The notes under the pieces are model-generated. The model was not told where the DNA came from and ran no database searches. It saw only the letters and a program-made list of their open reading frames with translations. Shown in pieces: positions 51,735 to 64,000 of a DNA stretch of 64,000 nucleotides. The DNA comes from Octopus sinensis. Lineage: Eukaryota. The translations under genes were made by a program, and so were the position numbers. Within the stretch, counting starts at the first letter, position 1. Every line of letters begins with the position of its first letter. The DNA is taken from positions 17,484,001 to 17,548,000 of the forward strand of contig NC_043009.1 of NCBI RefSeq assembly GCF_006345805.1, in the 5' to 3' direction.

Positions 51735-52770
51735 GTCAGGCTGAGTAAAAGGTAAGCAACGTTTTGAAATATGAAATTCATGACAATATATTTCAACAAT
51801 GCGGAAATTTTATTCATCTAAGTAAGTACCATTACAATCAACACATTTTTGCCAAGTTACAAGTTTGTTTATTCCGGTAGATGAACTCTTTGAATGCACT
51901 TTAAGCATCAGTTTGATTTTCAAACTCCTTCCCTCGCAGGAAATCATCAAGGTGCTTGAAAAAGTGGTAGTCGGTAGGAGAAAGGTCTGGGGAATAAGCT
52001 TCATAGCCAAGTTCCCTGAACTTCTGGAGCGTCCTTAGTGAAATGTGTTGTCGAGCATGAAAAGTGATTGGCTCTCTTCTGTTGACCACTCTGGGATGGA
52101 GGAGCAGCAATTTTTCATTCATTTTGGCAATTTCATGGCAATATGTATCTGCAGTAATGGTTTTTCCAGGTTTTAAGAAGTTATAGTGGATGAGTCCAGC
52201 AGTACACCACCAAACAGTCACCATAACCTTCTTTTTGAAGAGATCGGGTTTAGGGAAGGTTTTCAATGCTTCATTTTGGTCCAACCACTGTAAAGGATGC
52301 TTTTTTATTATTGTACAGAATCCACATTTCATCACAAGTTACAACATGGTTGAGAAATGGATTGGTTTGAGAAGAAACAACGAACAAATTTCGCATCTGC
52401 ACATTTCCTGATTTTCACTCAAATCATGTTGTATCCATTTGTCAAGCTTTTTTGATTTTCTGATCACATGCAAATGGCTGCAAGCAGTTTTCTGGCTAAC
52501 ATGAAGTTCTTTTGCCAGTTCTCAAGTGGTTTTATGTGGACTTTTCTCAATGGTGATCTTTAATTGACCGTCATCAATGACAGATAGGCGTCCACTATGC
52601 TCATGATCTTCAAGGCTCAGGTCTCCACTGCAAAATAACTTAAACCACTTTTGAGCTGATCACTCACAGGTCATTTCCTCACAAAATGTTTTGTTGATAT
52701 CGCAAGCAGTTTCATGGAGTTGAGAAGCAAAATTGCTCGAATATTACACTTTGACAGTTCCGTTTCTGTT
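51735..52770 (-). mobile_element. Mariner transposon, decayed transposase
   Basis: ORF 51901-52335 has KKVMVTVWW..G.IHYNFLKPGKTITADTYC..YSPDLSPTDYHFFKHLDDFL. Upstream decayed N-terminus EDHEHSGR..KLDKWIQHDL. A left TIR-like sequence follows (TA)n at 51735; no matching right TIR was found. Confidence 0.9.
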
Positions 52771-54442
52771 GATTGTAACAATGGTGAAAAAAATATCAAT
52801 GTTAATTTATTGATGCATTTGGGCAAGTCTATGTCTGTATTGAGACAACTGCAAAAAAAAAAAAATGCACAAAAAAATCAAAACTTTGCAGTATTCCATA
52901 TCCAGGGAAACAAATCTGCAATACTACATTCACACCAGAATGTGTACAACACATATAGTAAGGATAATGAAATGATGAACAAATTTTTGAAGAGCAACTG
53001 GTATTCAATGCATTATTACAAGGAAAGAACCTCATACAGAGCAGTAGTCAGTTGGTACTTAATTCTATGCAACAAGTGCTATGTTTAAGGCTAACAATTG
53101 CACATTTTATCCAAAACCATTTCCAGTAATTAGAATATAAATGGATGGAAAGATAGAGACCTTCAGGAATTTCCTAGCTAGTTAAAGGATAGCAGTTAAA
53201 AACGGCTGCACCACTGTGACACAGAGTAACTACACAACAACAGTGAGCAAAATATTAAGGACATGTATTGTGATTACTTTAAAGAGTTTTAAGGTTGGTT
53301 TTGTTGCTATTGTGTTTATGAGTGGGATGTATACAAAGTAAAGAGTGTGTATGTGAATACACATGCACACATACACCAAGCAAACACTGTGCAGAAGTTC
53401 AATAAATGACTGCTGTATTGAATATACTTCACTTAAAATCAATAGTAAAATATCAACTCTGCTGTCTTTATAACAACAGCTATCACTACTATTACTGCTA
53501 CTATTACTACGATGGCCACCACCACTACCACCATTATTATCACTGATGTAATTGTTGTTATTGTAAAAATCTTTAGTACTACTGCTACCATAGTCATTAT
53601 ATAAGGAACATATGAGAGGTGAACACAAGAGGTGAGTGGTGAACATCCATGGTAAACCATCTTAATGAGAAGCAATATTAACAATAATGTGATGGAAATT
53701 TATTTCTGGAGTCAAAAACTTTTTACAGAGTGAGTAAAAAAAATTAGTTTTAGAACACCAAGAGATTTCTGGTATTTATTTCATTATGTGCCATTCTCCC
53801 AATCTTAAAACCCTTTCTAGTATAAACTTTTAAGTTTAAAACTAAAACTTTATGCCCCCTCCCCCAGTTCAATTTTACAGGTGGTAGAGTCCATCACCCA
53901 GTTTAACACCTGGTTCTTCAGTGTATTATAGAGAGTACATTCTATTACAAGTATTTGAACCTCGCCTCCAATTTCAGGATAATTTCTACCCTCACCCCTA
54001 TCAGTTTCAAGAGCCCTGAAAATGGTCACGGTTCTATTTTCCTTCAGCTGACTAAGCAATAAAATACAAACACACAAAATAAACTGGTGTCATGTCAGTC
54101 TCTTAAAATTATGACCTGTTCTTATTATAATGGGACTTGTAAATTCAAATTGAGAACTTCAAACATTTCAAGGACCTTCAATAATCTTGATTATAATCAT
54201 TGTCATTGGTCAACTTTGGTATTACATTGGTACTATGGTTAAGACAAATGTTAGAGCAGAGCAATAATATCAGAATGATAGACCCAAGTAGATATTAAAC
54301 AAATACTCTATAACAACTGCAATGGTCATTCCTGAATGAGATTAGTAGGTCAGTGCTAAAAAGAAAGTAAAGGTCTAATGGTCAACTGAATAACAAGTCC
54401 AATACCAAATAATATCAATGAAGCAGCAAAGTTAAATATATA

Positions 54443-54637
54443 TATTGGTTTCAAATTTTGGCACAAGGCCAGAAATTTTGGGGAAGGAACTAAGTTGATT
54501 AGATCGACACCAGTGCTCCACTGGTACTTATTTTATCGACCTTTCGTGGAATTTGAATTCAGAATGTCAATACAGACAAAATGCTGCTAAGCATTTTGCC
54601 TGGCACGCTTAAGGATTCTGCCAGCTTACCACCCCTA
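54443..54637 (-). mobile_element. tRNA-derived SINE (same family as 6843-7487)
   Basis: ggcacaaggccagaaattttg...ggaatttgaattcagaatg...gattctgccagcttaccacc. Confidence 0.8.
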
Positions 54638-56021
54638 AGGTAATGCTAAATATTGATAGACTACAGACCACAACACCACTGACAGCCATTCTCACTAGAC
54701 ACTGCCTGCTTTTACACCACCACCACTACTACTGTGATAAGATTTTTCATCGAACACCAGCCACCACCATTCACTGCAACAATCAAAGCACAACACCTCC
54801 ACCACAACCATACACGATGCCCCTTGCTATTATAGTGATCATGATAGAAAATGCAAGAATACTCTTAAGCTGAATAACATAGTCAATAGTGTGTGTGTGT
54901 GTCATGTACTCACATGTGGTGTGTCTGTGTGTGTGTGTGTGTACATAAATATTACTATTAAATCAGAGAGATTCTATGCACCAGAAGTTACATTATAGTA
55001 AAGCAGACAATATTTCATATTAATAAATATAGACTTGCCCCACTATACGACACAACAATGCTTACTATAACATACCACACTTCACTATAACTGCATCACG
55101 AAGCTCTATGCTATGACATATCACATAACACTATTCGAACATTACACTGTGTGTAACACATTACAACTGCACCACGAAACACTACACAATGAAGGCTAGA
55201 GTTTTCATCAATGAAAGATTTTCCTGGCAGACACTACTTGCCATGTTAATAAGAAATCAATACATCAAATAAACAGGGTGGAGAGAGAGAGGGGGGAGGG
55301 AGGAAGCGAGAGAGAGAGAGAGAGAAAGAAAGAGAGAAAGAGGAAGGGAGGGGGAGGGAGAGAGAGAGAGCTGATCCATAACTGACTGACTATTTTCCAA
55401 CTGATACTGCAGAGCTGTCTGGTGGATTGAGGTTACAGATTTTGGAAGCGCAGCATTAGGTGAGAGAAGAAAGGAAAGAAGGAGAGCAGTGTGCCAACAG
55501 AGGAGTGAGAAGGAGAGTAGAGCATGTCTGTTAATGGAAGTGGAACTTGCCAATGTTTAGCTGTTGGCCTGCTAACAGAACAGCTCTAGACATGGCTAAT
55601 CATTTCTACCTTCAATGGAATAATAAACTCTCAGATATATTAGGAAAGGCTAGCACTTGTATGGAAGGCAGTTAATGATAGATATTGAACTATATTTAAA
55701 CAGGTACATACTCAACTTCTCAAGTAAGGCTAATGTTGGACTGATACTAAACCTCTGAAATATAACAAAGCTGGCTCTTGTACGTAGAAGACAGTCACTG
55801 ATTTTGAATGCATGTTGAATGAGGAGGAGGAGAATTGAAATGTTTGATATTGTAGTAAAATGAAAACTAGATTGTTTATAATTGTTGATAGTTACTGATC
55901 TAAGGTTCGGAATTAAAAAACAAAAATACAATATTTCTAGTTGCCAAGTTCTCAATATCTCTAGTATATTATTACAAAGACATTTCTCATGTAGGAAGAT
56001 GATGGCTACTACTGTCTAGCC

Positions 56022-56263
56022 CAGGGGTTCTCAACCATTTTTTTACCTTTGGACCCTTTTGATTTTTATTTTACTTAAGTAGATCCTCATAGCTTTTTGA
56101 CATTTAAAAAGAACCCCTTTATATTTATATAATTAAATACAAGAAATTGTATTTTTAAAAAATTGTTAAAACATTCTGTGTTATTGTAGAAGTATAAGCA
56201 ATTTATGGCTACATAAATTTTAACAACAAAGTCTTATATGGACCCCCAGGGAAAGAACCACTG
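56022..56263. mobile_element. hAT-type MITE
   Basis: Termini caggggttctcaacc ... ggaaagaaccactg are typical hAT/Charlie-like TIRs. The 8-bp flanks gtctagcc / gactggcc match at 6/8, consistent with a decayed TSD. Confidence 0.6.
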
Positions 56264-56558
56264 GACTGGCCAAATACAAACTACTAGCATATAGTGTGGA
56301 ACTGCAAATAACACTGGCATTAAGAGAGAGTTCATGAAAAGCAAATGTCACTGGCAGATGGCGACAGCGAATGCTGTGTGATGATCATCTCAGTCCTATT
56401 CCTATATCAGATGTTAATCCAACTTGTTAAATTGGACACCAAGTCAATGGATTGGCTAGCTGCAGCAAGTAATATGAGTATTAGAAGTTAGCGGTAAAGG
56501 TGCTGAAAGTTGTCTGAAATTATGGTAGCACACAGAAGACACTGGTTAAACTTGATAT

Positions 56559-56952
56559 CTTTTATCTTTTACTTGTTTTAATCGCTAGACCATGTCCATA
56601 CTGGGACACCGCCTTCAAGGATTTTGGTTGAATGAATTGACTCCAATATACCCCCTTTTTTTGTTTCTTTTTGAGGCCTGGTATTTATTCTACCAGTCTC
56701 TTTTGCTGAACTGCTAAGTTATGGCTATGTAAACACACCAACAATGATTGTCAACAAACATGGACAGAAAGACACACACATACATATATACAATGGTCTT
56801 CTTCCATCAACAAAAATCCACTAACAAAGCTTTGGTTGGCCAGAGGTTATAGTAGACATCACTTGCCCAGGGTACTACATTGTGGGACTGAACTCAGAAC
56901 CATGTGGTTGGGAAGCAAATTTCTTACCACGCAGCCATGCCTTTTGCCCATA
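56559..56952 (-). mobile_element. Octopus tRNA-derived SINE (OK/OR-type)
   Basis: Same family as 24828-25212. Confidence 0.85.
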
Positions 56953-57520
56953 TTTTAGTTTACTACTTATCAAAAAATCAAGACTCCTGAAATATTTTAA
57001 TATTTTTCATACAGAGCTTGATTTAGTAACTCATTACATTTTTTTTTTATATTGTAGCAAATGTTTTACCAAGTGTACTTCCAATCTCTCCTAGATGACT
57101 GAGTAAACAAATTCCAAAGGTCTCCGACAAAGGGAAAAAAAACTGGACCCAGTCCACATGACTCTTAAGGTTTACATAAATATCCTACCACCTACCTAAC
57201 TATGGAGAAAACCGACAACAAAAATGCCGTTTATTATGAAATTAGATAAGCGGTTTATTTTATTTATTATCAAATTAAATAATAACCTTATTAACCAATT
57301 ATTGACCGATGTAACTGACCAACCTGACATGTGCAAAAAATTCTTAATTGACTGAAATTTATCCCTTAGTTTGAAAAAGAACAAAAAAACATTGTGGTGT
57401 CCGTTTGCAATTATTTATAATTGTTATTTACTGGGAAAAAGTAGGAAAAAACTATCATTGTTATTAAAGTGGTAACAAGGAGTCAGAAAATGCTATGCTT
57501 ACTGAAAATAAAATTGATGA

Positions 57521-57675
57521 TAGGCATAGGAGTGGCTGTGTGGTAAGTGGCTTGCTTACCAACCACATGGTTCCAGGTTCAGTACCACTGCGTGGCACCT
57601 TGGGCAAGTGTCCTCTACTATAGCCTCAGGCCGACCAAAGCCTTGTGAGTGGATTTGGTAGACGGAAACGGAAAC
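57521..57675 (+). mobile_element. 5' half of an OK/OR-type SINE
   Basis: ggcataggagtggctgtgtggtaag (A box) ...ggttcagtacc (B box)...ccttgggcaagtg; ends at gacggaaacggaaa. Confidence 0.85.
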
Positions 57676-57679
57676 ATGC

Positions 57680-59260
57680 ATGAATGCCTTTGAAAAACGG
57701 CCAAACAAAAGTATTCCATCAAATTTTCTCTGTAGGGAATTAAGGTCTGTGTTACAAAGTAACACAATGAAGTTTGGACAAAAATTTTATCAACAGTTGA
57801 AGGGTCGCACCATGAGTACCCCCATGGCAGTTAATTTCGCTAATGTCTTCATGATGAAATTTGAGACACAGTTACTGAAGACAATCAAATCCTTACATGG
57901 TCATGAACCAATACTCAGGTTACGGTTCATTGATGCTGTTTGTTTTTTATTGGGAAGGATCACAGGATAGTTTAATTGACTTCTTGCATTTAAGTGCAAC
58001 ATAAAATTTATATCTAGTTTTTCAAAAACTAGTGTTGAATTTTTGGACACAAACGTTAAGTTTTCTGGAGTCAGAATAGTGACAGAATTATTTTGCAAGC
58101 TCACGTCATCTCACATTTACCTCCACTGCTGTTCCAATCATTCACAACATATAATTCAGTCAACCCCAAAATCCCAATTTTTGAGGACAAAATGAATTTT
58201 CACCGACATAGGGGATTACTGGAAATAGCAAATGAGATAGCTAAGATAAGCAAGGAAAGTTTAACCGTCACACATAATTTTAGCAAACACAATACACTAG
58301 ATGACAGTGATTAACAGGCACCGAAATTTCGCTGGCATTTCAAAAATGTTGCATAAAAGTTGCCAGCATGTTGCAGAAAAATATCCTCATTTCAAAAATA
58401 TTTCCTCTGCTGCCTATTGTAACCTATTTAGATGGAATAAAAATACAAGAAAATTATTGACTTCCATTTCTGATGCCAAGAAAACTAACATTGGGGTATC
58501 TGCACGCTGTATCTTGAAAAACAGCTGCAAGAGAGGTGAGCCCTGTCTAGTGAATTCCATCAGGAATCATAAAAGAAATGTTATAATTTATACAGAAGAT
58601 GGGATATGCAGAGATTCCCATTTGGTGTTCATGGGGAAATGCACAAAACACAACTTGATTTATGTTGATTGTACTACAGAACAATTAAACAAAAGATTTA
58701 ATGGGCACAGATATAATATCAGGCAAAATAACAGCAGTTTGACAAAACTTGCCAGATATTTTGCTTCAAACGGCCACAACTTTGAAAAAGCCTTGAAAGT
58801 GCAGAATATTTTCTCAGAAAATCTTCTGAATCTGCTTCACTTTCAATATTCAGAATGTATGAGGAGAAATATGTTTGTGGGTTATTAACATCATGCCCTG
58901 AAGGAATGAATAAAATTACAGGAGAATATCATCAAATTTATACAAAACTGCTTGATTTAATCTTCTTTTTCCTTTTCTTTTTTTTCTGTCGTTTTCTTTT
59001 CGCCAGTTATAAAATTGAAACTTAAAGACTGATAATGTCATTCCATCAACATGTGGACACTGATTGCTCTCGTTCATACTTTAGATTTGAATTTCTATAA
59101 TTTTGAATTTTTATCATTTTTTATTTTGAATTTGACAAAGACAGGCTTGCTGTCGAAGTATTGTTCAACCAATAAAATATTTATTGCAATTGCATCGTGC
59201 TCTTCATCTTGTCTGTTTACTTTTCTGAAGAGTTACGTCAATCCTTTTAAAATATTATTA
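57680..59260 (+). mobile_element. Decayed Penelope-like element: RT, GIY-YIG endonuclease and pLTR
   Basis: FGQKFYQQLKGRTMSTPMAVNFANVFM...LRFIDAV is the PLE RT Q..G..MGSP..AN.FM / RYIDD region. 58301-58888 has C..C..LIYVDCTTEQLNKRFNGHRYNI..LARYFASNGH, a GIY-YIG remnant. Multiple frameshifts; the element may extend upstream of the SINE. Confidence 0.85.
59126..59168 (+). ncRNA. Minimal hammerhead ribozyme motif, U3-A8 variant, probably inactivated (A15.1 to G)
   Basis: Helix I UUGAAU/GUUCAA (6 bp); core UUGACAA plus one extra A; helix II GACAG-GCUUG-CUGUC; GAAG-UA-UU. It lies in the 3' region of the Penelope element. Confidence 0.65.
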
Positions 59261-59269
59261 TTATTATTA

Positions 59270-60325
59270 TTAAGATGATGAGCTGGCAGAATCATCTGCA
59301 CACTGGGCAAAATGCTTTGCAGCATTTCATCCCTCTTTATGTTCTGAGTTCAAATTCCATCGAGGTTGACTTTGCCCTCCATCCTTTCGGGGGTCAATAG
59401 ATTAAGAACCAGTTGAGCACTGGGGTCGATGTAACTGACTATCCCCCTCTCACGAATTTCAGGCCTTATGCCTATAGTAGAAAGGATTATCATTATTATA
59501 AGGTGGTGAGCAGGTAGAATCATTTGTACGCTTAGCGATATTTCATCTATCTTTATGCTCAAAGTACAAATTCCACTGAAGTTGACTTTGCCTTTCACCC
59601 TTTAAAACAAGTACCAGTTTTGAGGACTGAGGCTGAAGTAATCGACTTACTCCCTACCTCCCCGAAAATTGCTGGCCTTGTGTCATTGTTATTATTATTA
59701 TTAAATTTCCTCTAGCTCTAAATCTTTACATTCTAAGATCGAATCCTACTGAATCCAACTTTGCCTTTCACTCATTTGGCATTGATATAAATAAAGAATC
59801 AGCCAAGTTCTAAGACCGATGTAACTGACCGACCCTGCTCCCCATGTCCTTATCTTAGAACCAATTTATCATTAAAAGGACAGTAGACTGACAACAAGGA
59901 AGTGAACTGGCAGAATCATTAGAACACTGAACACAAAGCATTACAGTACCTGTTCTTATATTTCATGTTCTGAGATCAAATCTTGACAAGATCAATTTAA
60001 CCTTTCATCTTTTGGCCTCAATAACAACATAAAGAACTAATCATGAACTGGGGTCAATATCATTTTGACACCCCTTCTCTCAAAATCACTGGCCTTAAAT
60101 TGTGCCTGTATTGGTTTCAAATTCTGGCAACAAGGCCAGTAATTTTAAGGGAGGAGATAAGTTGATAAATTGACCCGGTGTTCAACTGGTACTTATTTTA
60201 GTTGACCCTGAAAGGATGAAAGGTAAAGTTAACCACGGTGGCATTTGAACTCAGAATGTAAAGTTGGAAGAAAAGCTGCTAAGCATTTTTTCTGGCATGG
60301 TAATGATTCTCACAGGTACTGCCTG
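59270..60325. mobile_element. Array of five tRNA-derived SINEs: four head-to-tail on +, the last inverted
   Basis: Plus copies at ~59270-59495, 59499-59700, 59705-59870 and 59905-60110 (gagctggcagaatc...gagttcaaattcc...actttgcc). Minus copy at ~60112-60325. Confidence 0.8.
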
Positions 60326-60719
60326 AAACCATGCCTATGTCACAATTATTATCATTATTTAACCTAAATCACGGGTTTGGTGAAGATAGCAGGTTTGTAT
60401 TACAATGTTTTACTCCATATGTTTAACAATCACTGTTTTGAATTTAATTCATGCCAGATCAACTTTGCAATTCAACCAGTTACATCTTGAAAGTTAGGAA
60501 ATCATCTCTTAGCAGAAGAGAATTGGAATCAATTGGTTATAGTAAAAAGAAACTAGTATAGTATCACTTATTAAAGCCTAGTAGTTGAGGTATTAAAATA
60601 CTGGTCATGAGTTCAAATCACATTACAACAGAATTCGTTCTGCATCCTCTGAGTATCTCAAAGATTAACAACTGAACGGATACCTCACCATAAAACAAAT
60701 ACCATATTGGCAATTTTAA

Positions 60720-62270
60720 AACAACACAGCTATACAAAGACAGCAATTCAGCTATGCTAAAACACCAACCCAACCATACTAAAACAATAACCTAGCCATA
60801 CTAATATGGCAACCTAGTTATGCTAAAATAGGAACCCAGTTGTAGTAGAATGTAAACCAGTTTCTATTAAAACAGCAACCAAGTCAATTCAAAATAGCAA
60901 CCTAGTTATACTAAAATATTAATGCAGTCATACAAAAACATCAACCTAACTATCAGGTCATCCCATAAGTTCTGTCCAAATTTTGAATAAAGAAGACAAG
61001 TGATCAAATGTTATATTTAATTGAAATTTAATCATCAATTTACTTTCCCTGATTATCTATGACTTCCATCTATTTACAAGCTTTTTAATCCCATGAATGT
61101 AAAACTCTTTTGGTTTCAAAGCAAAGAACTCTGAAATATCAGTTTTGACCTCCTCCTGGTTTGCAAAAGTTATATCCCTTAAATGATTCTGTAAACTATG
61201 AAACAAATGGTAGTCTGAAGGAGCAAAGTCGGGAGAATAATGTGGATGAGGAATTTTTTCCCAACCAAGCTCTTCAATCTTCTGTGATGTGATCTTTGCA
61301 GTGTGGGGTTGAGCATTGTCCTGATGAAACATCACTCCTTTTCGATTCACTAAAGCGGGTCTTTTTTCTTCAAAGCTTGGTTCAAACGCTCTAATTGCTG
61401 ACAGTAGACTTGTGTATTGATTGTTGCATTATGTGGTAACAATTCAAAGTGAATTACTCCTTTGCAATCCCACCAGATAGAGAGAAGAACCCTTTTCCCC
61501 ATGAAGTTCCCTTCTCAGTTGTGGTTGAGCTTTTTCCCTTTTACCAAGCCACTGTTTACGACGTTTAACATTTCGATAGAAGATTCATTTTTCATCACCA
61601 GTCACAAGTCTATCCAAAAAAGGTGAAATAAGTTCACGAGAATGGAGAGAAGAGCAGATGTCAACTCGGGATTTGCGGTTGCTTTCGGACAATTCATGAG
61701 GCACCCATTTTCCAAGTTGTTGAAGATGATGATGAACAGTTGTATGGTTTGATCTAAGCTTTATTGCTAATTCTTCAACTGATAATGCAGGATTTTCTTC
61801 AAGTAATGCCTCAAAGAGCTTATCATCAAACTCAAATGGACATCCTGTTTGAATCTTCATCTTCAAGGCTGAAATCTCCACTTCTGACTTTTGCAAGTTC
61901 TTTCATTCAAGCATTCTTCCCCATAAACTGAGTGTGTGTTTGAGTCACTTCAGCTGCAGAGTTTCTTCTTTTTTTTGTACAAGCATTATGTGCCTTAAAT
62001 GTTCTTTGGATACTTCCATGTTAGAAAGGGTTTTAATCAAAGAAATTTAAAATCTATTATTCTATAAAATAATATTTAATTAGTTTAAATGTACACAAAT
62101 GCATAAAAATAATTTTTAATTCCCTTAGACATTCTAAAATACTATTAAATTTCATTCAGTTTTAAAAAAGGTAAAATCGGACAGAACTTATGGGATGACC
62201 TGATATATTAAATAACTATGGTAAAGTAAAATAGTAACCCAGCTATACTAAAATAGCAACCATAGCAACT
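60720..62270. repeat. Degenerate ~20-bp minisatellite (ctatactaaaatagcaacc) split by the mariner insertion
   Basis: Units at 60720-60950 resume at 62206-62270. Confidence 0.7.
60953..62203 (-). mobile_element. Full-length (1251 bp) mariner DD34D transposon with disrupted transposase
   Basis: Perfect 25-bp TIR tcaggtcatcccataagttctgtcc at both ends, with TA duplications at 60951-52 and 62204-05. ORF pieces carry KWVPHEL, LVTGDEK and HQDNAQPH-...-YSPDFAPSDYHLF, with 34 residues between the last two D. The reading frame is broken. Confidence 0.96.
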
Positions 62271-64000
62271 CAGCTTTAATAACAAGAGAAAACAATACAG
62301 TGAAGACAATAGAAAAGTTTTCAAATGTCTTCTGAAAGATTCATGGTTTATGCAAGTTGCTGATAATTTTGACAGTTTGCTCTTATTTTGCTGGTGGTGC
62401 ATGATAGATTAAAAGAAGAAAGAAAAAAAAACAAAACAAACCAAACAGCGTATTTGTGAGCTATCATCAAAGGATGTGAATCAATGCTGAACTCTCAAGC
62501 ATGAATGAATTCCATAGAAAGCAGATATATGGGGGCGAGGTATTGAATTATTGCAAAGGTAACTAGAGCAATTGTTCAAACAAACTCACAAAATCATCTG
62601 ATCGGTATACTCATCAATCATCAACTGATTCAGAATTAAACATCAAAAATGTTATGACAGAGACAACAGTCTGAGAGAATTTCTGACTCTGACTATTAAC
62701 ACAAATCATGTGTGACAATAGCTATCAGATAAGTAAAAACCATAAACCTGCAAAAAACAATTCAACTAAATAGTGAACTGGTTACATTGTGTAGGTTCCC
62801 TATCATATATCAACATAAAATATTGCATAATGTCAGTTCTATGTACAACCAATTAATAATATTACATATTTCTAAGATGAATTAATCCAATCAGTATTTT
62901 ATCACTGTAGTGATATTAACTTTATCATTTGTGCTTTACATCACATTTCAAGTGAGATACAGTTACTGACATATTGTTACGTTAGAGATGAACTCATGGA
63001 CAAGGTTCCACTGTTCTTTTCTATTAGTCTACGCAAATGTGTACAGGGACAAATACAGCATCAGAAAATAAAACAAATACTGAAACATCACCATCATCAA
63101 AGTTTTGGCATGTATTTTTCCATACTAACAACAGCCTGCATCTTCTGCCAGGCTCATCATCCTGAGATCAGATCTCATTATTTCCTTGGCCTTTATCTTC
63201 CACTTTCAAGATGCCTTTTCAGTTTTTTTACTTATTGTCCATTTCCATTCAACATTCACATCAGTTTACACCTATAATGCTAAGCTGCTCTCTCAGCAAA
63301 CTAAAATTAATAGTGGACGGGAGTGAACACTGCTATTAACTCAACCAATATGTGTCACAGAGAGAATGGCATAATGTGTGAGAGTTTATCTTGTGAATAG
63401 CACTTAACTATCCTTAAATTCCTGTCATGCTACCAGCTGCTGTGGTTTCATTTAGCATCTCTTTACTCATCTTAATCAGGGTTTAATAATGTAACCCTTT
63501 AGCATTTAGATTCTTCTGTTAAATGCAATGCTTATTTATCCACGCTGTTTTGAATTAACCATGCATTACCTTAGCTTCAAATTTTGATGCTGTGATTGTA
63601 TATTTTTAGAATGACAGTGTAGGGTAGGTGTGACATGCTGGATTTGGCTAGTTTGAACACAAAACGATAGACTATTTTGGCCTGGTATAGCCAGTTTAAA
63701 TGCTGAAGGATAAAACCACTGAGCCATTCTAATTGCTTGCTTCTTCCTTTTGTCGTTGCTATTGATATTGTTGCAGTCATCAAGATGACATTAGAAATGG
63801 TTAAGATAGAATTTCAGATTAGGTACTTAGTAATATCAAACTTGATGTCTTCTATCTCTCTTGAGGTGCATCGACATACATACCAGTAATATACACTGGT
63901 TCATACAATTTACAATACTTCTACCTTTTACAAATGCTGCATTCTCAACCACAAGAGAGTATTACAATTATTACTATTCTTTTATTGGGAAGGTAAATAG

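Noticed and set aside
53230-53684. ORFs of 138 and 81 aa
   Set aside because: Driven by (ACT)/(ACC)/(ATT) trinucleotide repeats with no coding signature.

Overview
AT-rich eukaryotic genomic DNA, most likely from an octopus (coleoid cephalopod). This is inferred from recognisable tRNA-derived SINE families and multi-kb (TA)/(TATG)n arrays. One clear host gene is present: a minus-strand exon encoding a ~545-aa zinc-finger protein (ATG 46625, stop 44988) with three C-terminal fingers, one isolated finger and an unnamed ~55-aa N-terminal domain. The rest is transposon- and microsatellite-derived: three mariner elements (one full length with perfect TIRs), at least three Penelope-like (GIY-YIG) retroelement remnants, RTE-LINE pieces, many SINEs and a hAT-type MITE. 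Most ORFs in the supplied track are microsatellite artefacts. The most notable structures are (i) hammerhead-ribozyme motifs in Penelope-like terminal repeats at 547-607, 25562-25634 and 59126-59168, including a U3-A8 core variant, and (ii) three abutting fold-back elements at 48.0-51.1 kb, just 5' of the zinc-finger exon. One of these is a ~1 kb-arm head-to-head Penelope inverted repeat and another is a perfect 182-bp palindrome.
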